The notes beneath the pieces were generated by a model that worked only from the letters and a program-made list of their open reading frames with translations, did no database searches and had not been told where the DNA came from. Shown one piece after another: positions 10,036-20,463 of a stretch of 64,000 bases of DNA (positions are counted from its first letter, which is position 1; each line of letters starts with the position of its first letter). Origin of the DNA: Treponemataceae bacterium (GTDB lineage Bacteria; Spirochaetota; Spirochaetia; Treponematales; Rectinemataceae); NCBI GenBank assembly GCA_963667725.2, contig CAXXHO010000003.1:544001-608000 (forward strand), in the 5' to 3' direction. The position numbers and the translations under genes were made by a program.

Positions 10036-11040
10036 TCAGAGCTGGGGAACCTTGAACGACAGCGATCCGTTTTTGATCCTGGCGATAGCCTCAGCCACCT
10101 TGGCTTGCACGGATTTAGGCACGCCATCCAGATAGCTGGGATTCGCGTTCAGCAGCTCGATATAGCCTTCCCTCATGCCGACAATATCGGCCCTTCCGAA
10201 AGCGAGCTTTCCTTCCACCGCTTCCTTCAGCTTCGTGTAGGCCAGACTCTCCTGGCGCAGGGCTGTGCAGCCGAGGATGGTTTTCGGAGCGCGCGAGTAC
10301 TCGTCGCTGTCGAAGAAGACGAGGTACTTGCCGGCATCCTGGGCCGTCTTTATGACGCCCTGGCTTGCCGAACCGCAGATGGGCAGGATGACGTCGACGC
10401 CCGAGTCTATCATACTTCGGGCGAGCTCGGCCGCCTTGGTCGCGTCGTACCAATTGCCGAGAATCCTGACGTCCAGCTGGAAGGCGGGATCGGCCGCCTT
10501 TAAGCCCTGCTCGAAGCCCGGAATGATGAGCTTATCCATGACGGGGTAGTGCTGTCCGATGATCAGCCCGACCTTCTTGGCCGCGTTGGCTCCGGGGAGG
10601 GAACTCATCGACAACAGGCCGGCCAGATAGCCCGTTATGTAGCCCTGCTCGGTCTGATTGTAGAGGACGGTGTAAAGATTGGGATTCCCCGGCTTCATGC
10701 CGTCCAGGCTGATGAACTTCTGCTTGGGGAACATGGGCGAAATCGCGCCGATGAGATCCGGCAGCGAAGGATTGGAGGTGAGGATGAAATCGTAATTGCC
10801 CGTCGCCACGAAGCTCGTCAGCTTTTCCTGCCATTCCGCCTGGTTGAAGCCTGCCTCGAAAATCTTTACCGAGGCGCCGGGGATTTCGGCGGCCAGTCTT
10901 TCGGCGCCGGCCGCGAGATCTGAATACGTGGGGCTGCCTTCCCTGACGCCGGGTATGAAGACGCCGATTCTCGGCGGTTTGGCGAAGACGGGAAGGGCGA
11001 GAACGAGGATGGCCGCGACGATGGACAGACGGAATTTCAT
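10036..11040 (-). CDS. BMP family ABC substrate-binding protein
   Basis: Signal peptide MKFRLSIV..., EQGYITGYLAG, GNWYDATKA, GVDVI; SD GGAGG upstream. Confidence 0.9.
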   Translation of the reverse strand: MKFRLSIVAAILVLALPVFAKPPRIGVFIPGVREGSPTYSDLAAGAERLAAEIPGASVKIFEAGFNQAEWQEKLTSFVATGNYDFILTSNPSLPDLIGAISPMFPKQKFISLDGMKPGNPNLYTVLYNQTEQGYITGYLAGLLSMSSLPGANAAKKVGLIIGQHYPVMDKLIIPGFEQGLKAADPAFQLDVRILGNWYDATKAAELARSMIDSGVDVILPICGSASQGVIKTAQDAGKYLVFFDSDEYSRAPKTILGCTALRQESLAYTKLKEAVEGKLAFGRADIVGMREGYIELLNANPSYLDGVPKSVQAKVAEAIARIKNGSLSFKVPQL

Positions 11041-11083
11041 ACATTCCTCCAAAATGAAGGGAGAATCGACAAGCTTTTGAAAC

Positions 11084-11108
11084 TTACGTAACAAAAAATC
11101 TTACGTAA
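11084..11108. promoter_or_regulatory. Two TTACGTAA palindromes in the divergent BMP/MerR intergenic region (candidate operator)
   Basis: TTACGTAA at 11084-11091 and 11101-11108. Confidence 0.5.
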
Positions 11109-11167
11109 AATTGATAATAGCATATTTCAAAAAATATTCAAGTAGGGTATCATTGAAACAGCACAGT

Positions 11168-11626
11168 ATGAAAACCAACGGCGATAGCTTGAAGATCGGA
11201 GACCTCGCCTCCATGTTCGGACTCACGGCGAGATCCATACGCTACTATGAAGAATTGGGCCTCCTGAAATCCAACGACAGGACGGAAGGGCTCCATCGCC
11301 GCTATCCCGGCAGGAACATCGTCTACCTAAAACGGATCAAACAGCTCAAGACCTATGGACTGAGCCTGGGCGAGATCAAGGAATTTTTCGATCTGGCCGA
11401 GGAAGACCCCTCGGGAGAAGCCTGCAAGGCCCTTCTCGTCAGAAAATATGAAGAGCGGATCAGCGCCGAAGAGGCGGCGATCGGCGAAGCGCAGAAAAGG
11501 CTGGACGAGCTGAAAGACCAGGCCGACTGCCTGCGCGGCCCCGGGCGGTTTTTCGCTTGCCCCGGCGAGGACTGCGGCGAATGCGATACCGCCGATTTCT
11601 GCGACATGGGAAGCGATAAGGCATGA
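11168..11626 (+). CDS. MerR family regulator with a Cys-rich C-terminus
   Basis: IGDLASMFGLTARSIRYYEELGLL HTH; C-terminal CPGEDCGECDTADFC. Confidence 0.9.
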   Translation: MKTNGDSLKIGDLASMFGLTARSIRYYEELGLLKSNDRTEGLHRRYPGRNIVYLKRIKQLKTYGLSLGEIKEFFDLAEEDPSGEACKALLVRKYEERISAEEAAIGEAQKRLDELKDQADCLRGPGRFFACPGEDCGECDTADFCDMGSDKA

Positions 11627-13068
11627 TCGTCGCCATCGATATAGGAACAACGAGCGCGAAGGCTGCTCTTTTCGACAGGGAAGGCGGCTGCGTCGCCGTC
11701 GAGAGGGCGACGATACGGGGCATCATCGGCGCCAATCCTATCGAACATGAAATAGACCCGCGATCCTGGACGGAAGCGGTCAAAGGGCTGCTCGCGGGGC
11801 TGGCGGCCGCGACTCCGGGCGGCCTGGGCGACGTGGAATGCGTGGCGGTGAGCGGAAACGGCCCCACGCTGCTGCCGGTGGGCGCCGACGGCGAGCCGCT
11901 CCACAACGCCATCACCTGGATGGACAGGAGAGCCGCCGGTGAGTCCGCGCTGGCCGAACCTATTCTGGGCAGGTTCCTCGACCCGGCGTACAATCTTCCG
12001 AAGGTGCTCTGGCTCAAGGCCCAGCGCCCCGATATCTACGAAAACACCCGCTGGTTCTCCTCCTGTCCCGAATACATCATCGCGCGCCTCTGCGGCGCCT
12101 GGATAAGCATCCTCCCTGCCGAAGGCTACCAGGCGATAATCTGGGACTCGAGGTCGCTGAGGCTTCTCGGCCTGGATGAAAGGAAATTCCCTCCCTTCGC
12201 GAAGCTGGGCTCCATCGTGGGGGCGGTGACGCGACAGGCGGCCGAAGCGACCGGCCTTCCCGAAGGCATCCCCGTCGTCGCTGGCGGACCCGATTTCATC
12301 GTCTCCCTCATCGGCACCGCGACGACCAGCCCCCGCAGGGCCTGCGACAGATCGGGCACCTCGGAGGGCATCAACCTTTGCTGGAACACGGCTGTCCCTA
12401 GGGATCCTCGTCTCCTCTTCATGCCTCACGTCATAGAACCTTACGAGAACATTTCCGGCGTCATCTCGGCGACGGGAAAAGCAGTCTCCTGGTTCATGGG
12501 CATAGAGGGCGTCGGGGCTGGCGATCACGGCGACTTCTTCCGCATGGCGGCCGAGGCTCCGGCCGGCGCGGACCGCCTGCTTTTCCTTCCCTATCTGTCC
12601 GGCGAGCGGGCCCCGCTCTGGAACCCCGACGCCCGCGCCGTCTTCGTGGGGCTTTCCCTGAGGCATGGGAGGAAGGAGATGGCCCGGGCCGTGGCCGAGT
12701 CGGCGGGATTCGCCATGCGCGACGTCATTGAGGTGATGGAATCCCTGGGGGCTCGGGTGGAGGATCTCCGCGTCACGGGCCAGCCCGCGGGGAACGCCGT
12801 ATGGAACCAGATCAAGGCCGATATAACGAGGAAGCCCATTCTCGTCCCTGCCTTCGGCGAAGCCGAACTTCTCGGCGACCTCTGCCTCGCCCTGGTCGCC
12901 CTCGGCCAGTTCCCGACCATAGGGCAGGCTGCCGAAAAGCTCGTTTCCTTCGGGAAGACCTTCTTTCCCGATGAATCGAAGAAGGCGCTCTATGACGAGC
13001 TCTTTTCCCTGTATCGAGAGAGCTACAAGGGTCTGGAGCCGGTTTTTCACCGCCTCGCGAAGCTTTAG
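11623..13068 (+). CDS. FGGY family carbohydrate kinase (xylulokinase-like)
   Basis: AIDIGTTSAK, ITWMDRR, LPYLSGERAP, WNQIKAD. Confidence 0.92.
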   Translation: MIVAIDIGTTSAKAALFDREGGCVAVERATIRGIIGANPIEHEIDPRSWTEAVKGLLAGLAAATPGGLGDVECVAVSGNGPTLLPVGADGEPLHNAITWMDRRAAGESALAEPILGRFLDPAYNLPKVLWLKAQRPDIYENTRWFSSCPEYIIARLCGAWISILPAEGYQAIIWDSRSLRLLGLDERKFPPFAKLGSIVGAVTRQAAEATGLPEGIPVVAGGPDFIVSLIGTATTSPRRACDRSGTSEGINLCWNTAVPRDPRLLFMPHVIEPYENISGVISATGKAVSWFMGIEGVGAGDHGDFFRMAAEAPAGADRLLFLPYLSGERAPLWNPDARAVFVGLSLRHGRKEMARAVAESAGFAMRDVIEVMESLGARVEDLRVTGQPAGNAVWNQIKADITRKPILVPAFGEAELLGDLCLALVALGQFPTIGQAAEKLVSFGKTFFPDESKKALYDELFSLYRESYKGLEPVFHRLAKL

Positions 13069-13254
13069 AGGCGCTTCGCACGGGTTCGAGGCGAGAAAGG
13101 AAGCCGGGAACACGCAACTTCCCGAGGCTCCCGACGCGATTCCCCTTGACCCTTTTCCAAAGACTGTCTACGTTTACGGAAACTTGCCGGCTTCTTCTAA
13201 AATTTACGCGTTTAAATGTATAATGGATGCGAACGCCAGCACGGAGGTAATTTC

Positions 13255-13836
13255 ATGCCCGAAACCAAAGTCGTCATCAATCTTTCCAACCGCCACGTCC
13301 ACGTCAGCCGCGAGGATCTCGACATCCTTTACGGCAAGGGCTATCAGCTCACCAAGACCAAGGACTTGATCCAGCCCGGACAGTTCGCCTGCGCCGAGAC
13401 CGTCACCATCAAGGGACCGAAGGGCGCCTTCGAGGGCGTCAGGATACTCGGACCGGAACGCAAGGAGACGCAGTGCGAGATTCTCGCGAGCGACCAGTTC
13501 AAGCTGGGCGTTCCCGGTTGCCCCGTGCGCGAATCGGGCCAGCTCGACGGCAGCGCCTCCTTCGAGATTATCGGACCGGCCGGTTCCATTAAAAAAGATA
13601 AGGGCCTCATCATCGCCAAACGCCACATCCACTTCAACCTGGAAGAGGGCAAACGCTTCGGCGTCGCCGACAAGCAGCTCGTCAGCCTCAAGGCCGGCGG
13701 GGAGAGGGGAGCCATCTTCCTCAACGTCGTCTGCCGCGTCAACGCGGCCTACGCTCTCGAATGCCATCTCGATTTCGACGAAGGCAACGCCGTGGGCATT
13801 GGCAACGGCACCCTCGGCGAGATCACGACGCTCTGA
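13255..13836 (+). CDS. pduL: Phosphate propanoyltransferase PduL
   Basis: SNRHVH, QPGQFA, VRILGPER, RHIH, CHLDFDEGNA; SD GGAGG. Confidence 0.93.
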   Translation: MPETKVVINLSNRHVHVSREDLDILYGKGYQLTKTKDLIQPGQFACAETVTIKGPKGAFEGVRILGPERKETQCEILASDQFKLGVPGCPVRESGQLDGSASFEIIGPAGSIKKDKGLIIAKRHIHFNLEEGKRFGVADKQLVSLKAGGERGAIFLNVVCRVNAAYALECHLDFDEGNAVGIGNGTLGEITTL

Positions 13837-13895
13837 TTTCAAATCGATACTACCGGCGGGCCCCTTTCTGGCCCGCCGCCTGAAGGGGATCGGAA

Positions 13896-14960
13896 GTGAG
13901 CAAAATAATACTGAAAGCGCAGGATCTCGACGGCTATCTTTCGGCCAAGGACAACGCCTACCTGGCGCAGATGGACGCTCTTTATCGCCAGGCCATGGTT
14001 TCCTTCAACATTCTGGGCACGAGCCATTCGGAAACCGAGAAAAAGAAGGAAGAAGCCGCCCTCATCGAGCTCTACAACACGATGGGAAGCCTGATGAAGG
14101 AAATCTGCGCGAGCGAGCCGCGCATTCAGGTATATTCCTTCGTCACGCCGCACGAGAACCACGGCGAAGCCTCGCGCCTCATCGCCAAGCTGCGCGACAT
14201 CAACACCGGACGCCAGGAATTCGTCTACTACACGCAGAGGGCCTTCGAACTCCTCTTCAACATCGCTTTCGGCGGCGGCGTCAATCCCAATAAAAACTAC
14301 CTCATCGTCAAGACGCCCGTCGGCATTCCCGTGCAGAACTACGCCGTGCACAAGATTCCCAACATCGACGCGCAGCTCTCCAACACGGTGATGTGCGTCA
14401 TGCTGCGCGGCGCCCTCCTGCCGTCGATGATCGTCTCCAAGGAAATACAGGAGTATTCCTCTTCGGGCTATCTCACCCCCTTCGCCCTCTTCAAGATCAA
14501 ACGCGACGATTCGAAGAGCGAGACGACGATGGAGTACATCCTCGATCTGGACCGTTCCTACTTCAAGCTGGAAGAACTGGACGGGAAGAATCTCGTGTTC
14601 GCCGATCCCATGAACGCCACCGGCGGCTCTCTCGTCACCGTGGTGAAATACCTCCTCGAGAAAGGCGTCAAACCCAAGTCGGTGAAGTTCCTCAATGTCA
14701 TTTCCGCGCTGAAAGGCAGCCTGAGAATCGTCAGGGCCATCGAGAACGTCACGGTCCACACGCTGTGGATGGACCCCATCCTCAACGAGCGCGCCTATAT
14801 CATGCCCGGCCTGGGCGACGCGGGCGACAGGATCAACGGCGTGGACGAGGACAAAAATCCCCGCGACATGCTCAGGCTCGTGGCCGATTACGGCACCAAC
14901 ATCACCGGGCTGTACCGTTCGCAGCTCAGGATCATCGAAGAAACGGTGCTCCACCATTGA
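13896..14960 (+). CDS. upp: Uracil phosphoribosyltransferase, long spirochaete-type form
   Basis: [16 protein letters not shown] loop, [18 protein letters not shown]-terminal extension. Confidence 0.9.
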   Translation: MSKIILKAQDLDGYLSAKDNAYLAQMDALYRQAMVSFNILGTSHSETEKKKEEAALIELYNTMGSLMKEICASEPRIQVYSFVTPHENHGEASRLIAKLRDINTGRQEFVYYTQRAFELLFNIAFGGGVNPNKNYLIVKTPVGIPVQNYAVHKIPNIDAQLSNTVMCVMLRGALLPSMIVSKEIQEYSSSGYLTPFALFKIKRDDSKSETTMEYILDLDRSYFKLEELDGKNLVFADPMNATGGSLVTVVKYLLEKGVKPKSVKFLNVISALKGSLRIVRAIENVTVHTLWMDPILNERAYIMPGLGDAGDRINGVDEDKNPRDMLRLVADYGTNITGLYRSQLRIIEETVLHH

Positions 14961-14975
14961 GTCGAAGGTCCTCCC

Positions 14976-15818
14976 ATGACTGAAACGCGAGCCGTCGGCT
15001 TTTCGCTGTTCTGCGGCCCCGACCTCATCCTTCCGCCCGCGTGGAATAATGAGCTTCCGGGATTGCCCCTATTTGAATCGCTGTCGCTTCCGGGCGGCGC
15101 CGTAGTGGCAAAAAAGGATGGCGTCCCCTCGGGCTTCGCGAGCACGGCCTTCGATTTCGACGGCAAGACTTATATGGCCGTGGAGCTGAGCGACGAGCAG
15201 GCTTCGGGGCTGCCGGGGGCTTCCCACGTGCCGCTGCGGCAGTTCATCGGCACAGCGCCCCAGGATTCGGTCACCTTCATCCTCAAGGCGAGGGCCTACG
15301 CGCACTGGTCCTTCGTGGCGCACTACTGTGCCTTCTGCGGCGCGCCGCTCGTCGACGGGCGCGGCCGCGACTACGAAAGAGCGAAGGTCTGCGAGGCATG
15401 CGGCCGCGCCTACTTCCCGCGCATTTCGCCCGCGGTAATCATCCTCATACATCGCGGCGGCGAGATGCTTCTCGCGCATAACGCCAAGTTTCCCGCAGGT
15501 CGCCACGGCTTGATAGCCGGCTTTGTCGAGCCGGGCGAAACGCTGGAGGAGACTGTCCATCGCGAGGTTATGGAGGAGGCCGGCATCGAAATAAGCGAGC
15601 CGCGTTACGTCAGGTCCCAGCCCTGGCCCTTTCCTGATTCGCTCATGATCGCTTTCGAGGCCGAGTACAAGTCCGGCGAGGTACGTCCCGACGGCGAGGA
15701 AATCGACCATCTGGGCTGGTTCTCACCCGACCGTCTGCCCGATATTCCCCCGCACGGTTCCGTGGCACGCTATCTCATTGATCGTTTTATCGCCGCGGCT
15801 CAGCTGCCTTCGGCCTAG
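14976..15818 (+). CDS. nudC: NAD(H) diphosphatase NudC
   Basis: Zinc ribbon CAFCG...CEACG, Nudix box GFVEPGETLEETVHREVMEEAG, SQPWPFP. Confidence 0.93.
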   Translation: MTETRAVGFSLFCGPDLILPPAWNNELPGLPLFESLSLPGGAVVAKKDGVPSGFASTAFDFDGKTYMAVELSDEQASGLPGASHVPLRQFIGTAPQDSVTFILKARAYAHWSFVAHYCAFCGAPLVDGRGRDYERAKVCEACGRAYFPRISPAVIILIHRGGEMLLAHNAKFPAGRHGLIAGFVEPGETLEETVHREVMEEAGIEISEPRYVRSQPWPFPDSLMIAFEAEYKSGEVRPDGEEIDHLGWFSPDRLPDIPPHGSVARYLIDRFIAAAQLPSA

Positions 15819-15827
15819 GCTCGCCGA

Positions 15828-16529
15828 TCAGCGGGGCGATGAGCTCCTCGAATTCCTCAGCTTCCGCAGGCCCTCGCCATTGAGTATCCTTATTTCCTTT
15901 CCCGAAAGTTCCAGGATCCCGAGGCGCTGCAGGGCTCCCAGTTCGCGCGACAGGCTCGGCCTCGCCACGCCGAAAAGCTCGGCCATTCTTTCGCGCGTGG
16001 CCTCAAGGTGTATCGTGGCCGAACCGGAAAGCTCAAGGCGGCGAAGGAGCCAATCGGCAAGTTTTTCCCTCAGGCTTATGAACTGGGCCGCTTTCAGCTT
16101 CTCTGTCAGAAAGAAGACTCTATCTCCAATCTCTTTGAGCAGGGCTTCCAGAATGGGCTGATGTTTCATGCATAGCCTTAAGAGAGCTTCTTTCGGGATA
16201 ACGATGAAGCGGCACTCTGTCCTCGCTTCCACGCTGACTGGCAGTCTCTGTCCCGAAGTGAAGAGTATGGCCGAGGCGATGGCTTCTACGGCCTTGAAAC
16301 TCTCCACCCGCACTACCTTTCCCTCATCGCTCGTCATCTCCGCGAAAGCCTCGCCTTCTATGAGGATATACAGCGATGAATACCCGCATCCTGCCAGCAG
16401 GATGACCGATTTTTCTTCGAAGGTCTTGAGCGAATGCGGAAGCGTATCGAATTCCTTCGCCAGTTCGGCCGGTTCGATATCGGCGAATATCCTGCACGAG
16501 GAAAGTCTTGCCATGTCGCGAAGCTGCAT
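15828..16529 (-). CDS. Crp/Fnr family transcriptional regulator
   Basis: cNMP-like domain plus HTH TRERMAELFGVARPSLSREL. Confidence 0.9.
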   Translation of the reverse strand: MQLRDMARLSSCRIFADIEPAELAKEFDTLPHSLKTFEEKSVILLAGCGYSSLYILIEGEAFAEMTSDEGKVVRVESFKAVEAIASAILFTSGQRLPVSVEARTECRFIVIPKEALLRLCMKHQPILEALLKEIGDRVFFLTEKLKAAQFISLREKLADWLLRRLELSGSATIHLEATRERMAELFGVARPSLSRELGALQRLGILELSGKEIRILNGEGLRKLRNSRSSSPR

Positions 16530-16648
16530 TGCCTTCCATTTTCCCGTGGGAACGGTCTTTTGTCCAGTGCGAGCGCGCATTGCCCTTAACGCACCCCCTT
16601 GCGCGCGCGGTCGGCAGCGCCTACCATGCCGATAGCAAGGAGGAACGA

Positions 16649-18055
16649 ATGGATTTTTCCTGGAAAGTAATCATCGATGCCGGCCTCATTTCATCCGCTT
16701 TAATTGTGGCTACCTTCATACGCTCCAAGGTAAGGTTTTTCCAGAAATACCTCATTCCCAACGCTCTCACCGCCGGATTCATCCTCCTTCCCGTCTATAA
16801 TTTCGTGCTTCCCGCCGTGGGATACAAGATGAATGGGCTGGGGGATCTCGTATACCATCTTCTCAATATCTCCTTCATCTCAATGTCCCTGCGCTCCTCT
16901 CCTCCCAAGGTAAAAGGGCATTCAGGGGGCGGCGTTCTGGGCATGTCCACGGGCATTCTCATGGGGTACGCCACGCAGGCCTTGCTGGGGCTCGGTCTTA
17001 CGCTGCTTTTCCTGCCCAAGATCCATCCTGCTTTCGGGCTGCATCTTCCTCTCGGTTTCGCCCTCGGACCGGGCCAGGCCTACGCCATCGGCAAGGGCTG
17101 GGAGGCTATGGGCTTTGAGGGAGGCGCTTCCGTCGGCCTTACCTTTGCGGCCCTCGGTTATCTATGGGCATGTTTCGGAGGCGTGGTTCTCATAAACATG
17201 GGGATCAGGAAGGGCTGGATCGGCGCCGAAATGCTCGCTTTCATGAAGGACAAGACCCTCCTGACAGGCATCATGCCGAAGAATGGCAACAAGCCTGTGG
17301 GCGGCCGCCTCACCACGGATTCGGAAGCCATCGATTCATTCAGTTTCCATATCGCCGCGGTCTGTGTCGTCTATTTCCTATCTTTCCTTCTTCTCAAGGG
17401 ACTTACGATCCTCCTCGGATTCGCCGGCAAGACAGGCGCCGAATTGGCCGCCAACTTCTGGGGCATCAACTTCATATTTTCCGCCCTCGCGGCTATCGTG
17501 GTAAGGCGTCTTGTCGATGTTTTGAAGTTAGGCTACATCCTGGATGACGATTCCCTTACGCGCATTTCGGGTTTTTCCGTCGACTTCATGGTCGCCGGCG
17601 CCCTGGCGGCGATTTCCCTTGTCTTCGTGGGGAAGTATTGGTTTCCCATCCTCCTTATGTCAGCCATCTGCGGGCTTCTAACCAGCGTCACGGTGCCATG
17701 GGTAAGTTCGCGCATGTTCAACGATTACAAGTTTGAGCGAATGCTGATGCTGTATGGCGTCTCGACGGGCACGCTGTCGACAGGGCTGGCACTTCTCAGG
17801 GTCATGGACCCCGAGTTCAAGACCAAGGTGTCCTCCGACTATATGCTCTCGGCCGGTCTTACCTTCATCCTTGCGATCCCCTTCATTTTGGCCATCAATT
17901 TGCCCGCCAAGGCATATGTTACGGGGGATATGTCCTATTACTGGCTGATGGTTGGCGTCGCGGCTCTCTATCTTGCCTATGTTCTGGTGTCGTACATGGT
18001 GCTCGCGAAGAAGAAACGCTTCGCCAAGCCCGGTCAATTATGGTATAGGGGTTGA
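16649..18055 (+). CDS. Sodium:glutamate symporter family transporter (GltS-like)
   Basis: FFQKYLIPNAL, GFALGPGQA, YGVSTGT; many TM helices; SD AGGAGG. Confidence 0.82.
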   Translation: MDFSWKVIIDAGLISSALIVATFIRSKVRFFQKYLIPNALTAGFILLPVYNFVLPAVGYKMNGLGDLVYHLLNISFISMSLRSSPPKVKGHSGGGVLGMSTGILMGYATQALLGLGLTLLFLPKIHPAFGLHLPLGFALGPGQAYAIGKGWEAMGFEGGASVGLTFAALGYLWACFGGVVLINMGIRKGWIGAEMLAFMKDKTLLTGIMPKNGNKPVGGRLTTDSEAIDSFSFHIAAVCVVYFLSFLLLKGLTILLGFAGKTGAELAANFWGINFIFSALAAIVVRRLVDVLKLGYILDDDSLTRISGFSVDFMVAGALAAISLVFVGKYWFPILLMSAICGLLTSVTVPWVSSRMFNDYKFERMLMLYGVSTGTLSTGLALLRVMDPEFKTKVSSDYMLSAGLTFILAIPFILAINLPAKAYVTGDMSYYWLMVGVAALYLAYVLVSYMVLAKKKRFAKPGQLWYRG

Positions 18056-19330
18056 GTTTTCCTTGCTGCCGCGTGACGCGATCAGCAGTTCCAGGGCCAT
18101 CGCGTACTTGTACCCCGAAACGGTCTTGTCGTCGAATCGGGCACGGTAGACCATCATCCCAACATAGAACTCGAAAAAATTCCACTTGAGGACGCCGGGT
18201 CGCTCTATCTCCTTAATCTCGAAGGAAATGGCTTCGCCATTTTCCGGCCGCAGGGTCAGGCCGTCGGAGCTGAGCGTGAGGCTGCCATAGCCCAGGCTTT
18301 CCATTTTATCCATGCGTTTGCCGCGCAGGAGCCTTACTTTTTCGTCGAAAAAAATCGCGCGGCCGGGCGCCGATGCAAAATCCTGCTCAAGCAGGGTACT
18401 TAGATATGCTTTCTGCCACCTATCCCACTCATGCAGGGAAGGGAAGAGAATTCTGTCGTTGCCTCCGCCCATGGTTTCGCAGACGGGTTTCCCGACATTT
18501 CCTGTCGCGGCCGACCGGAAGCTTCCGTCCTCGCCGTACTCGGCGGCGAATCCGCAGGCCGAACAGGAGACGAGGATGCCGTCGGACTTCATGGTCTGGA
18601 GTTTCCCGCAGGCCGGACAGACGTAGAGCGCCAGATCGACGCGTTCGGCCCGCTTCGCGCTGCTGTACCGCTTTCCGTGTTCTTTTGCCCATGCGGGATC
18701 GTCGTGATATATCGCCTTGTTCAGCCTTTCATCGATTTCCGCCACGCTCAGCTGTTTGATGTTGATCGGGTCAAGCAGCTGAGTGAATTCGATCTCCATC
18801 TCGCCCTTCCTCTTTCTGTATGACCAGCGGGGCTTTGTCATGAAGGCGCCCCTGGAAACGGCGCAGATGACGGGCACCTTGAGCAGTTTGACCAGCTTCG
18901 CCGTCGATACGAGGGAGGGCAGGGATGTTCCGTCCCAGGTAGCCTGGCCTTCCGGATAAAAGCCGACCACGCTTTTTCTCTTTCTGATGAATTCGACGAT
19001 CCAGTTCACGGTTTCGATGTCGGGGATGGCTTTCGATTTAGGGATGGATCCGACCAGCTTTATAAGGAGAAAGCGCATAAGGGGAGAGCGCAGGTTGCCG
19101 TCGCTCGTGACCCAATGGACGGGATGGGGCACGAAGAAATTCGTGAGGAAGGGGTCCATGTTGCAGGAATGGTTGCCGACGAGGATGAAGGGAGGTTTCA
19201 CGGTATCGAAGATTTCGCGCCCGATGGCATGGGCATTATATGTCCCCGCTATGTAGGCTCCCACGGTGTACCTCAGGATCCAGGTTGAGAACCTGCTGCT
19301 GGTGGGGCGATATCGTCGTGCGTTGATCAT
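18038..19330 (-). CDS. Lysophospholipid acyltransferase family protein (PlsC-like) with a C-terminal zinc ribbon
   Basis: NHSCNMD, FYPEG motifs; CPACG/CSACG. Confidence 0.88.
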   Translation of the reverse strand: MINARRYRPTSSRFSTWILRYTVGAYIAGTYNAHAIGREIFDTVKPPFILVGNHSCNMDPFLTNFFVPHPVHWVTSDGNLRSPLMRFLLIKLVGSIPKSKAIPDIETVNWIVEFIRKRKSVVGFYPEGQATWDGTSLPSLVSTAKLVKLLKVPVICAVSRGAFMTKPRWSYRKRKGEMEIEFTQLLDPINIKQLSVAEIDERLNKAIYHDDPAWAKEHGKRYSSAKRAERVDLALYVCPACGKLQTMKSDGILVSCSACGFAAEYGEDGSFRSAATGNVGKPVCETMGGGNDRILFPSLHEWDRWQKAYLSTLLEQDFASAPGRAIFFDEKVRLLRGKRMDKMESLGYGSLTLSSDGLTLRPENGEAISFEIKEIERPGVLKWNFFEFYVGMMVYRARFDDKTVSGYKYAMALELLIASRGSKENSTPIP

Positions 19331-19457
19331 GTTTCCCTCTCGTCCTGAGACAAGTATGAGAGAAAACCGCGTCTGCCGCAACCCGGGGCGCAACAAGGGC
19401 AACTTCATTTGACTGTCGCGGCTCTTTTCATTATTGTAGCTCAACAAAGCAGGGATT

Positions 19458-20051
19458 ATGGATTTTGACAAAATACTGCGCCAGTGGGACGAAAGTCAGA
19501 AACAGGGCGCCCAGAAGAAGAAAACCGAGCAAGGGCCGGGCAAGAAAGCCAATGCCCCGGCGATCGAGGAAAAGCTCTCTCGGAAGACCGGAGCTCCGGC
19601 ACCCGCGACACAACAGGTTTCGCGCGGCGCCCCGAAGCAGGTGAGCGCCGACGATTATCTCAATCATTGGATGACGATACACGGGGTTCCCGACAAGGAT
19701 GAGCGAGGCGATCCCGGGGAAAACGACAGGACGGCGCGCATCGAGGAAGCCGAGCGTCTGCGGCGCATGCGTCCGCAGGCTGTCCTCGATCTTCATGGCA
19801 AGACGGCCGCCGAGGCCGATGCCTCAATAGTGGATTTTCTGCTGGCCAGCCGCAATTCTGGACTGGAGAAAGTGCTCATCATTCACGGCAAGGGTCTTCA
19901 TTCAGCCGGCGAGCCTGTCATGGCCGATGTGGTGAGAAGGGCTCTGGAGACGAATAGTCTCGCGGGAAGTTTCGGACCCGCCGACCGCAGTCAGGGAGGG
20001 CGGGGTGCGACATGGGTGAGAATCAGGAAGCGGGATTATTTTTCTCGGTAG
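19458..20051 (+). CDS. Smr/MutS2 C-terminal domain protein
   Basis: [20 protein letters not shown]. Confidence 0.9.
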   Translation: MDFDKILRQWDESQKQGAQKKKTEQGPGKKANAPAIEEKLSRKTGAPAPATQQVSRGAPKQVSADDYLNHWMTIHGVPDKDERGDPGENDRTARIEEAERLRRMRPQAVLDLHGKTAAEADASIVDFLLASRNSGLEKVLIIHGKGLHSAGEPVMADVVRRALETNSLAGSFGPADRSQGGRGATWVRIRKRDYFSR

Positions 20052-20254
20052 ATGATTCTGCCTCGGGAAAGATCGTAGGGCGAGAGCCCGACGCGGACCT
20101 TATCTCCCGGGACAATGCGGATATAGTGTTTTCTCATTTTGCCTGAAAGGTGGGCGAGAATGATGTGGCCGTTCTGCAGCTCGACCCTGAACATTGTGTT
20201 TGGGAGGGCTTCACGAACGATTCCCTCTACCTCTATGGCTTCTTCTTTCGCCAC
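20036..20254 (-). CDS. infA: Translation initiation factor IF-1
   Basis: [10 protein letters not shown]...LPNTMFRV...SGKMR..YIRI.PGDKV...SPYDL.RGRI; GTG start with AAGGAG SD. Confidence 0.97.
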   Translation of the reverse strand: MAKEEAIEVEGIVREALPNTMFRVELQNGHIILAHLSGKMRKHYIRIVPGDKVRVGLSPYDLSRGRIIYREK

Positions 20255-20463
20255 GTCGACTCCTTGGATTGGTGGGCCTTCAATTTTTCGGATTGGTACT
20301 TGCGCCCAGTAAGTATATGAAATAGTATGTACCGCCGAGACGAATGTCAACATGCGCGGGAGCGCGCGGGGCACACGACTTGACATTTTACGCTATATGA
20401 TGCATTGTGCGCATCCAAAATTACAGAACCGGCGTTGAAAAATGCCTTGTTCGGGGGAGTCTG

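Noticed and set aside
11353..13113. 586-aa antisense ORF and similar long shadow ORFs (for example 13839-14957, 24085-25260, 27600-28673, 39839-40864)
   Set aside because: They are antisense to well-supported genes, have no recognisable motifs, and are expected from GC-rich codon bias
13896..14150. N-terminal extension of Upp as a novel fusion
   Set aside because: Long Upp forms are, to my knowledge, usual in spirochaetes
20036..20051. 16-bp convergent overlap of the smr and infA genes
   Set aside because: Short tail-to-tail overlaps are common in this compact genome (also recJ/MFS and gltS/acyltransferase)
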